Below are positions 16,401 to 24,115 of a DNA stretch of 38,155 nt, piece by piece. The DNA comes from a virus. Taxonomy: Duplodnaviria > Caudoviricetes. The notes beneath the pieces are model-generated. The model worked only from the letters and a program-made list of their open reading frames with translations. It was not told where the DNA came from and ran no database searches. The stretch spans positions 1-38,155 of IMG/VR virus record IMGVR_UViG_3300042334_000410. One strand, given 5' to 3'. The translations under genes were made by a program, and so were the position numbers. Each line of letters starts with the position of its first letter. Within the stretch, counting starts at the first letter, position 1.

Positions 16401-16943
16401 ATGGAAAAATTAAAGATGGAAACCATTTCAATTGATGACTTGGCGCTTGACCCTAATAACGCACGTAAGCACAGCGAAAAAAACATTAATGCAATTTGCG
16501 AATCGTTAAAACAATTTGGGCAACGTAAGCCAATTGTTATAAATGCAGAAGATATTGTTGTTGCAGGTAACGGCACAGTAGAAGCGGCGCGGCGAATAGG
16601 ACTTAAAGCGTTAGATGTTGTGCGTTTGCCTGCCGATTGGTCGGAAGAAAAAATTAAGGCGTATGCGCTCGCGGACAACCGCACGGCTGAATTGGCAAGT
16701 TGGGACGCCGAGATATTGCTATCGCAACTTAATGAGTTAAATATTGCCGATTGGGATATTAACGCACTCGGCTTTAAAGAGTTTGAACTTAATCCGTTAA
16801 AGGATTCGGACGCCGATACAGATATGAAAGATTTAGGCGAACGTTACGAAGTTGTAATTGAGTGTGCTGACGAAAACGAACAGACGGCACTACTTTTGCG
16901 CTTGTCGCAAGACGGCTTAAAAGTACGCGCCATCATTATCTAG
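16401..16943 (+). CDS. ParB/Srx N-terminal domain protein
   Basis: 'DPNNARKH', 'SLKQFGQRKPIVI', 'VVAGNGT..AA', 'LADNRTAELASWD'; ATG 16401 behind GAGAGG. Confidence 0.9.
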   Translation: MEKLKMETISIDDLALDPNNARKHSEKNINAICESLKQFGQRKPIVINAEDIVVAGNGTVEAARRIGLKALDVVRLPADWSEEKIKAYALADNRTAELASWDAEILLSQLNELNIADWDINALGFKEFELNPLKDSDADTDMKDLGERYEVVIECADENEQTALLLRLSQDGLKVRAIII

Positions 16944-16944
16944 G

Positions 16945-17042
16945 ATTAGGGTTAAACCTAATACGTCAGCGAAACATAAGTAGTTGGCGTGAGTGCTGGA
17001 CGTAGCCCTTACGGCGTTAAAACTGTAAGGGTGAAGTTCGGC
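16945..17042 (+). ncRNA. Candidate structured cis-regulatory RNA (three consecutive hairpins)
   Basis: ATTAGG/CCTAAT; ACGTCAGC/GTTGGCGT; GCTGGAC-gtag-CCCTTACGG/CTGTAAGGG-tgaa-GTTCGGC; many G-U pairs that work only on the + strand. Confidence 0.55.
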
Positions 17043-17059
17043 TAACGAGAGAGGCAAAT

Positions 17060-18193
17060 ATGGGTAAAGTAATCCGCCTAGAAAGTGCAATCACGCGGAC
17101 GCCACGTGTAATGCAACTTGAAGGCTTGTTTGATATGGATTCAGAGGCACGTTCCATTACAAATATTGAAATGAATATTCCTGATTTAAGCACACGTGAT
17201 TGGAATATCGGTCTTATTGTTGGACCATCAGGCGCTGGCAAAACAACCGTTGCCAACGATTTGTTTCCTGACAAAATGCGAAGCACAGAAAATATGAAGT
17301 GGTCTAAAGATAAGGCAATCATTGATGATTTTCCGCAAGATTTGCCTATGCGCGAAGTTACCGAATTGTTATCATCTGTCGGCTTTAGTTCGCCGCCTGC
17401 GTGGTTGCGCCCATTTCACGCACTAAGTAACGGCGAGCAGTTTCGTGTAACGATTGCACGTGTGCTGGCAGAAAATCAGGACTTGTCTGTTGTAGATGAA
17501 TTCACGTCCGTTATTGACCGCACAGTTGCACAAATCGGCTCATATGCAATTGCCAATACTGTTAGAAAACGCAATCAGAAGTTTGTTGCTGTTGGCTGCC
17601 ACTATGACATACAAGAGTGGTTACAGCCCGATTGGATTTACGAGCCACATACTGGCACCTTTACTTGGGGGTCGGTTCAACCCCGACCACAAGTTAAAAT
17701 TGAAATCATATGGGCAAAGTATGAATCGTGGAACACGTTCGCACGTCATCACTATCTAGACACAAAACTAAACAAAACGGCGCACATCTACGTTGGGTTA
17801 ATTAACGACCAGCCAGCGTGCATAAGCGCGATTTTGCCGTTGCCAAATGCTCACGTGCGTAACGCTCGGCGGTTTAGCCGTAACGTTGTGCTTCCTGACT
17901 TTCAAGGCATTGGATTAGGCAAATACTTTCACGAACGTATTGCGGCTGGACTTATTGCACAGGGCTTGGCTGTCTATGCAACTGCCAGCCACCCAACGCA
18001 GATACATCATCTCAACAAATCGCCAAACTGGGAACTTATTCGTATGCCGTCAAGAGTAGCCAAACAAGGCAAAACAAGTTCACTATCGTCACGAATGGGC
18101 GTCAGCAGAGCGCGCCTAACAAGTTCCTTTCGCTTTAGGGGAGAACCTGATTACGAAGTTGCGAAGATATTAGCGCCACTTCCTAAGAAATAA
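17060..18193 (+). CDS. ABC-type ATPase fused to GNAT (Mom-like) acetyltransferase; putative DNA-modification enzyme
   Basis: Walker A GPSGAGKTT, signature LSNGEQFR, Walker B VVDEFTS, H-loop VGCHYD; GNAT 'FARHHYL', 'SRNVVLPDFQGIGLG'. Confidence 0.88.
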   Translation: MGKVIRLESAITRTPRVMQLEGLFDMDSEARSITNIEMNIPDLSTRDWNIGLIVGPSGAGKTTVANDLFPDKMRSTENMKWSKDKAIIDDFPQDLPMREVTELLSSVGFSSPPAWLRPFHALSNGEQFRVTIARVLAENQDLSVVDEFTSVIDRTVAQIGSYAIANTVRKRNQKFVAVGCHYDIQEWLQPDWIYEPHTGTFTWGSVQPRPQVKIEIIWAKYESWNTFARHHYLDTKLNKTAHIYVGLINDQPACISAILPLPNAHVRNARRFSRNVVLPDFQGIGLGKYFHERIAAGLIAQGLAVYATASHPTQIHHLNKSPNWELIRMPSRVAKQGKTSSLSSRMGVSRARLTSSFRFRGEPDYEVAKILAPLPKK

Positions 18194-18215
18194 CGTATGA
18201 TGTGGCTAATATTTA

Positions 18216-18398
18216 GTGAATATATGGGCGGTGAATATGTGCGATGTATGTGACAGATACGCCTACATTGGCGACATACGTGAGGCGATTGCGCAAGACA
18301 TTGAGGCGGCTAAACGACCTGACCCACAATACGTAGAGGACAATATGGTTAATGCTGGCTTGCAAATAGCGGCGCACATAGCGAGAGGAAAAGCCTAA
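18216..18398 (+). CDS. Hypothetical protein (start uncertain, possibly 18237)
   Basis: 'IREAIAQDIEA...AAHIARG' pattern of small actinophage-type proteins. Confidence 0.65.
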   Translation: MNIWAVNMCDVCDRYAYIGDIREAIAQDIEAAKRPDPQYVEDNMVNAGLQIAAHIARGKA

Positions 18399-18574
18399 TG
18401 CCAATTTATGATTTCTATTGCGAGCCGTGTAACGAGAGTGAAGAACACTTTTTTGGGTTTGCTGATAAACAAGAAGTTGTGTGCGTAGAGTGCGGCGCCG
18501 ATATGACTAAAACAATCTTTCCTGTCGGCGTTATATTTAGAGGCGGCGGCTGGGCTGGACGTGGCTCGTTGTGA
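18398..18574 (+). CDS. FmdB-family Zn-ribbon protein (58 aa, not in ORF track)
   Basis: MPIYDFYCEPCNE...VCVECGADMTKTIFPVGVIFRGGGW; GAGG RBS; TAATG overlap. Confidence 0.85.
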   Translation: MPIYDFYCEPCNESEEHFFGFADKQEVVCVECGADMTKTIFPVGVIFRGGGWAGRGSL

Positions 18575-18735
18575 GTAAAGATAGGCATTTCGGCAACGCT
18601 GAACTTAACGCCAATGATGACGAGTTACGGCGCGAAATTGCCAGCGATATAGAACGGCGTATATTGCCAATGTGCGAAAATGATGATGAAAAACATTTAG
18701 TTAAAGTAGTAATTGCGTTAGTGAAAGGCGTGTAA
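18571..18735 (+). CDS. Hypothetical protein (54 aa, not in ORF track)
   Basis: GTGA overlap; MSKDRHFGNAELNANDDELRREIASDIERRILPMCENDDEKHLVKVVIALVKGV. Confidence 0.65.
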   Translation: MSKDRHFGNAELNANDDELRREIASDIERRILPMCENDDEKHLVKVVIALVKGV

Positions 18736-18899
18736 TGAAATACATAACGGCGTTACTTGGCGCGGTCTTTGCTGTACTTGCCGTTGCTTGGTTTGTAATG
18801 TTATTGGCAGGCGCTATCTATCCTGTCAGTTATAAGCAATCGTTGCATACGTTGTCCATTCTTTATATCGTAACGGCGTTACTACGAAAGGCAGACTAA
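18735..18899 (+). CDS. Small membrane protein (54 aa, not in ORF track)
   Basis: TAATG overlaps at both ends; MKYITALLGAVFAVLAVAWFVMLLAGAIYPVSYKQSLHTLSILYIVTALLRKAD. Confidence 0.7.
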   Translation: MKYITALLGAVFAVLAVAWFVMLLAGAIYPVSYKQSLHTLSILYIVTALLRKAD

Positions 18900-19378
18900 T
18901 GGCAAAAAGAAGCAAACTTAATCCTGAAACATTGGAGAAAGAAGCCAAAGTTCTTGAAATGAGGCGCGGCGGTTTCACTTTTGACTTGATTGCTACACGG
19001 CTTGGCTACGCGAGCGCCAGCGGCGCGTACAAGGCTTATCAGACGGCTTGCAATCGCATTGTCTATGCAGAAGTGGCAGAAACACGTAACGTTGAAATGG
19101 ATAGGCTAGATATTGCGCAAGCGGCAATATGGGGCGACATTATTAACGGCGCAACTCCCGAAGATAGAGCGCGTGGCGTACAGGCGTTAGTACGCATTAT
19201 GGAAAGGCGAGCCAAACTCCTTGGCTTAGATATGCCAACAAAGGCGCAGATAGAGGTAACTCATTATGACAGTTCAACAATTGACGCCGAAGTCGCAAGA
19301 CTTGTCGCTCTCCTTGATAGCGAGCCGCCACGTGCGTTGGGCACATCAACTGGCAAGAACGGAACAATTACCAACTAA
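18899..19378 (+). CDS. terS: Terminase small subunit
   Basis: HTH 'LEMRRGGFTFDLIATRLGY', 'IMERRAKLLGLD.P'; directly upstream of terL. Confidence 0.8.
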   Translation: MAKRSKLNPETLEKEAKVLEMRRGGFTFDLIATRLGYASASGAYKAYQTACNRIVYAEVAETRNVEMDRLDIAQAAIWGDIINGATPEDRARGVQALVRIMERRAKLLGLDMPTKAQIEVTHYDSSTIDAEVARLVALLDSEPPRALGTSTGKNGTITN

Positions 19379-20612
19379 CGATAAGAGTTGGACTACGTGG
19401 GTTTATTTGGCAGGTCGTGGCGCTGGCAAGACTAGAACTGCGGCTGAGTGGCTTGCTTGGCAGGCTAGTAGCAATCCGCGCACTAGATGGGCTATTGCGG
19501 CGCCAACTTACGGCGATGTGCGTGATACTTGCGCCGAAGGCGAATCAGGCATTGTGCGTGTGTTACGTGAATACGGCACTCTTAAAGATTACAACCGCAG
19601 TATCGGCGAAATCTTTCTTACTAACGGCTCACGCATTAAGTTATTTAGTGGCGAAGAACCTGACCGCTTTCGTGGGCCACAATTTCACGGCGGTTGGTTT
19701 GATGAGTTAGCGGCGTTCAAGCACCCCGAAGCGTGGGACCAATACCAATTTGGCTTGCGATTAGGCGATTTTCCACAAACAATTGTTACAACTACGCCAC
19801 GTCCAACTAAGTTAATTAAAGATTTAATTACACGTGAAGGCGTGAGAGTAGTACGCGGCTCTACTTTTGATAATGCCGCCAATCTAGCCGCGAGCGCACT
19901 TGCTGAACTTAAATTGCGTTACGAGAACACACGGCTTGGACGCCAAGAGTTATACGGCGAAATACTTGATGACGTAGAAGGCGCTTTATGGACGCGCACA
20001 ATGATTGAAGAGGCGCGTGTAACAGAAGCACCGCCATTAGTTCGTATTGTTGTTGCGATTGACCCTGCCGTAACAAGTAACACTACATCGGACGAAACAG
20101 GCATAGTGGCGGCTGGCATTGACCACAAGGGAAATTATTATGTGCTTGATGATAAAACGTTACGCGCAACGCCTGATACGTGGGCGCGCCAAGCCGTTAA
20201 TCTGTATCACGAATTAAACGCGGACAAGATTATTGCCGAAACAAATAACGGCGGCGATATGGTTGTAATGGTTTTAAAGCAAATAGACGTATCTGTGCCA
20301 GTAAAGAAAGTTAGCGCCACTAGAGGCAAGCAATTGCGCGCCGAGCCAATTAGTGCGCTGTACGAACAAGGCAGAGTTCATCACGTCGGCTATTTTGAAG
20401 AATTAGAGAATCAAATGTGCGAATGGACGCCATTAAGTAACGAATCGCCTGATAGATTAGACGCGCTGGTGTGGGCACTTACAGAACTAAATAACGGCGG
20501 TTCAAGTATGCTTGCACTTGCGGCGTTGGCTAAATTCTGTCTGAAATGCAGTATGCCTGCCAATAAAAGTGCAACAATTTGCTCACGCTGTGGCGGTAAG
20601 TTAGGAGAATAA
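19266..20612 (+). CDS. terL: Terminase large subunit
   Basis: Walker A AGRGAGKT, Walker B WFDE, 'VTTTPRP', 'GRQELYGE', nuclease 'VAIDPA', 'SPDRLDALVWA'. Confidence 0.96.
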   Translation: MTVQQLTPKSQDLSLSLIASRHVRWAHQLARTEQLPTNDKSWTTWVYLAGRGAGKTRTAAEWLAWQASSNPRTRWAIAAPTYGDVRDTCAEGESGIVRVLREYGTLKDYNRSIGEIFLTNGSRIKLFSGEEPDRFRGPQFHGGWFDELAAFKHPEAWDQYQFGLRLGDFPQTIVTTTPRPTKLIKDLITREGVRVVRGSTFDNAANLAASALAELKLRYENTRLGRQELYGEILDDVEGALWTRTMIEEARVTEAPPLVRIVVAIDPAVTSNTTSDETGIVAAGIDHKGNYYVLDDKTLRATPDTWARQAVNLYHELNADKIIAETNNGGDMVVMVLKQIDVSVPVKKVSATRGKQLRAEPISALYEQGRVHHVGYFEELENQMCEWTPLSNESPDRLDALVWALTELNNGGSSMLALAALAKFCLKCSMPANKSATICSRCGGKLGE

Positions 20613-20959
20613 TGGCAGTTCTATACAACGTTGTTATTGACCAAGGCGCCAACTGGTTTCTTAACGTCACGTACGACAACCCAAACGGAACGCCAGTTAA
20701 TTTAACAAACTATACGGCGGCGTTACAATTGCGTTCTTTGCCAAGCGACACAGTTGCTGTGCTTACTCTTACAACAGGAGCAGGCATAACAATCACAGGC
20801 GCAACTGGCTTAGTGGCAATACAAGCAACAGCCGCGCAAACACGTGCGATTGATGACGGCGTTTATTACTATGATTTAGAAATAACAGCGCCTAGTACTG
20901 GCGTTGTAACTAGATTAATACAAGGACAAGCCGAAGTATCGGCAGAGGTGACGCGATAA
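20612..20959 (+). CDS. Virion structural protein (BppU-N-like Ig fold)
   Basis: 'IDQGANW...PVNLTNYTA...YYYDLEI...RLIQG...VSAEVTR'; AGGAG RBS. Confidence 0.7.
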   Translation: MAVLYNVVIDQGANWFLNVTYDNPNGTPVNLTNYTAALQLRSLPSDTVAVLTLTTGAGITITGATGLVAIQATAAQTRAIDDGVYYYDLEITAPSTGVVTRLIQGQAEVSAEVTR

Positions 20960-21261
20960 TGGCTGATGAAGTAGTTATAGTTGAACCAATAATTCCTGTT
21001 ATTAATGTAATTAATGAAACTCCGAGCATTACAATTTCGGCGCCCGGACCACAAGGGCCAGCCGCGCAAATCTTCTATGTGCATACGCAAGCCATAGCAA
21101 GCGCAGTTTGGACTATTAACCACAACCTAAATGGCGAGCCAACTGCGGTTGTTTTAGATTCGGCAGGAACACAATGTGAAGGCACATTTAGTTACCCAAG
21201 CAAAAACCAAATGGTGATAACCTTTACGGGTGCCTTTACTGGCACGGCGTATGTGATATAG
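20959..21261 (+). CDS. Small fibre-associated virion protein
   Basis: 'PGPQGP' collagen-like triplets; 'YVHTQ...WTINHNL' domain. Confidence 0.65.
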   Translation: MADEVVIVEPIIPVINVINETPSITISAPGPQGPAAQIFYVHTQAIASAVWTINHNLNGEPTAVVLDSAGTQCEGTFSYPSKNQMVITFTGAFTGTAYVI

Positions 21262-21270
21262 GAGAAAACA

Positions 21271-22815
21271 ATGAGCCGCAAATTTCTAGTCAGTATTGAC
21301 CTAAACAAAAATGAATTGCAAAATGCCGCAATCCAAAATCTTGCAACTGCGCCATCTTCGCCAGTAGCAGGTCAGATTTATTACAACACAACAGACAACG
21401 CTATTTATTTTTGGAACGGTACTGCTTGGGTGCAACCAAGTGCTTCACAAATTACATCGGGCTTATTATCAGCACGACCAACGGCGGCAACGGCTGGCGC
21501 TGGTAAATTCTATTACGCCACAGATAATTATTTACTCTATTATTCAGATGGTTCTACTTGGCAACAGACAAACAATTTTGGCACAGTAACTGCGCAAACA
21601 ACTTATGGCGCAAGTTCAGCCGATGGCACATCAACTAACTATGCACGTGCCGACCACACACACGGAACTCCAGCATTAGGCACATCAACGCCAACTGCAA
21701 TTACAGGAACGGCTTCTGCTGGTTCAGCAAGCGTGCCTTCTAAAGAGGACCACACTCACGCATTTACGCCAACGCAAAACTTGTCAATGGCAACTTACAA
21801 ACTTACCAATCTTGGAACACCAACTACAAGCACAGACGCGGCAACAAAAGCATATGCCGACTTAATGTTGCCACTAACGGGCGGCACAATGTCAGGCGCA
21901 ATTGCAATGGGAACAAACAAGATTACTGGTCTTGGAACTCCAACTGCTGACGCGGACGCCGCAACAAAGGCTTATGTAGATTCTGTTGCACAAGGATTAG
22001 ATGTAAAGGCTTCCGTAGTAGCGGCAACAACAACAAACGGAACATTGGCAACTGCATTTGCTAATGGACAAGTTATTGATGGCGTTACTCTTGCCACAGG
22101 TAATCGTATTCTTATTAAGAATCAAACAGACACTACAGCAAACGGCATTTACACAGTTAATGCAAGTGGCGCGCCTACTCGTTCAACAGATATGGACGCT
22201 GCTGCGGAATTTCCTGGTGCATTTACATTTGTAGAACAAGGAACAACGCTTGCTGATACTGGTTGGGTATGTACTACTAATGCACCTGTAACTATTGGCA
22301 CAACGCCAATTACTTGGTCGCAATTCTCTGACGCTGGTTCTTATATTGCAGGCGATGGCTTAACACTTGTCGGTAATACTTTTAATGTCGGCGCAGGAAC
22401 AGGTATTACAGTTGGCGCAGATACAGTATCGCTTACAAATACAGCCTTAACTGTGAACGGAACTTCAATTGCTCTTGGCGCGTCAGGCACAATTACCGCT
22501 AACACAACCAATGCCTTAACTCTTGGAACAGGCTTAACAGGCACTTCATTTAATGGCTCAGCCGCAGTTACAGCCGCCATTGATACGGCAGTTGTTGTTC
22601 GTAAATATGCGGTAAGTGTTGGAGATGGAACAAGCACCGCAATTACAGTTACGCACAATCTAAATACCCGTGATGTAATTGCTACCCTTTATGACAACTC
22701 ATCTCCATACGCCGAGTTAATCTGCGATGTTGAACATACAACTGTGAACACACTTACATTGCGATTCTCTGTTGCGCCAACTTCAAATCAATATCGCGTA
22801 GCCGTACAGGGTTAA
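21271..22815 (+). CDS. Fibre protein (head/neck or tail fibre)
   Basis: Thr/Ala/Gly-rich; 'ARADHTH', repeated 'ITGLGTPT..DAATKAYVD', 'RILIKNQT..NGIY', C-terminal 'VTHNLNTRDV'. Confidence 0.75.
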   Translation: MSRKFLVSIDLNKNELQNAAIQNLATAPSSPVAGQIYYNTTDNAIYFWNGTAWVQPSASQITSGLLSARPTAATAGAGKFYYATDNYLLYYSDGSTWQQTNNFGTVTAQTTYGASSADGTSTNYARADHTHGTPALGTSTPTAITGTASAGSASVPSKEDHTHAFTPTQNLSMATYKLTNLGTPTTSTDAATKAYADLMLPLTGGTMSGAIAMGTNKITGLGTPTADADAATKAYVDSVAQGLDVKASVVAATTTNGTLATAFANGQVIDGVTLATGNRILIKNQTDTTANGIYTVNASGAPTRSTDMDAAAEFPGAFTFVEQGTTLADTGWVCTTNAPVTIGTTPITWSQFSDAGSYIAGDGLTLVGNTFNVGAGTGITVGADTVSLTNTALTVNGTSIALGASGTITANTTNALTLGTGLTGTSFNGSAAVTAAIDTAVVVRKYAVSVGDGTSTAITVTHNLNTRDVIATLYDNSSPYAELICDVEHTTVNTLTLRFSVAPTSNQYRVAVQG

Positions 22816-22825
22816 GGTTTAGGCT

Positions 22826-24088
22826 ATGAGCCAAAGAAGCCTTGTACCCAGTAACTTAATAGCGTTATCTGCCGCGCCAACAATTCCAACATTGCGCTCT
22901 GGCGACGCCTATTACGATACAACTCTTGGCGCAATACAGGTTTACAACGGTACAGCGTGGGAAACTTATGTAACTTTGGCTGATTCTCAAGTGCTGACAA
23001 ATAAAAGTATTAACGGCGCTAACAATACGATTACAAATATATCTTTAACTACAGGCGTAACTGGAACATTACCTGTTGCTAATGGCGGTACAGGTATTAC
23101 TTCATTGGGCACAGGTGTTGCAACATTTCTTGGAACTCCGTCATCTGCGAATCTAGCGGCGGCTGTAACAGGAGAAACTGGAACTGGCGCGCTCGTATTT
23201 GGCACTAGCCCAACGCTAACTACCCCAGCGTTAGGCGTTGCTACTGGAACTTCTTTTAACAGCATAACTGGATTAAGTTCTACAAACCCTGCCGCTTTAG
23301 GAACAGTAGCAGTCGGAACAGGAACTACTACCGCAAGAGCAGACCACGTTCACCCAACTACTGGGCTTGGCTTAACATCAGGAACTCTTGCTCAATTCGC
23401 TGCAACTACATCTGCGCAACTGGCAGGCGTTATATCTGACGAAACAGGAACTGGCGCTTTAGTTTTTGGAACTTCACCAACACTCACTACGCCTATTCTT
23501 GGAACTCCACAGTCAGCAACTCTAACTAATGCAACTGGCTTGCCGATTTCAACAGGCGTAAGCGGATTGGCAACTGGCGTGGCAACCTTTTTGGCTACTC
23601 CAAACTCAGCCAATCTTGCCGCCGCATTGACTGATGAAACTGGAACTGGCGTAAATGTATTTGCTACTAGCCCAACTCTTACTACGCCAACTCTTAATAA
23701 CCCTATTATGAAATCACCCGAAGAACGTTGGACAGTTTCGGCAACTGCCGCCACAGGAACTATCGCTTTTGATACGCAAACGCAGGGCATTTTGTATTAC
23801 ACGTCTAATGCAACCGCTAACTGGACACTAAATGCAACAAATGTGAACGCAAATCTTGCTGTCGGTGACGCTATTTCAATAGTATTTGCCGTAACTAATG
23901 GCGCAACTCCGTATCGCCCAACCGCCTTTCAAATAGATTCATCTGCCGTAACGCCTAAATGGGCTGGCGGTACTGCTCCAGCGGCTGGTAACGCCAACGC
24001 TGTTGATTGGTACTCATATGTTATTGTAAAGACTGCGGCAACACCTACATATACAGTTTTTGCAGGACAATCTGCTAAGTTTGCATAA
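22826..24088 (+). CDS. Fibre protein with internal repeats; C-terminal domain paralogous to 202-1242
   Basis: Three 'SA.LA....ETGTG..VF.TSPTLTTP' repeats; 'KSPEERWTVSATAATG...KFA' C-terminus. Confidence 0.75.
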   Translation: MSQRSLVPSNLIALSAAPTIPTLRSGDAYYDTTLGAIQVYNGTAWETYVTLADSQVLTNKSINGANNTITNISLTTGVTGTLPVANGGTGITSLGTGVATFLGTPSSANLAAAVTGETGTGALVFGTSPTLTTPALGVATGTSFNSITGLSSTNPAALGTVAVGTGTTTARADHVHPTTGLGLTSGTLAQFAATTSAQLAGVISDETGTGALVFGTSPTLTTPILGTPQSATLTNATGLPISTGVSGLATGVATFLATPNSANLAAALTDETGTGVNVFATSPTLTTPTLNNPIMKSPEERWTVSATAATGTIAFDTQTQGILYYTSNATANWTLNATNVNANLAVGDAISIVFAVTNGATPYRPTAFQIDSSAVTPKWAGGTAPAAGNANAVDWYSYVIVKTAATPTYTVFAGQSAKFA

Positions 24089-24115
24089 TTGGCACTCAAT
24101 AAAAGGAGAGAGAAT

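Noticed and set aside
16963-17045. tRNA-like appearance (GTTCG)
   Set aside because: No acceptor stem, D-arm or T-loop geometry; GTTCG is base-paired in a hairpin
17060-18193. ABC transporter annotation
   Set aside because: No permease or binding protein nearby; the ATPase is fused to a GNAT domain
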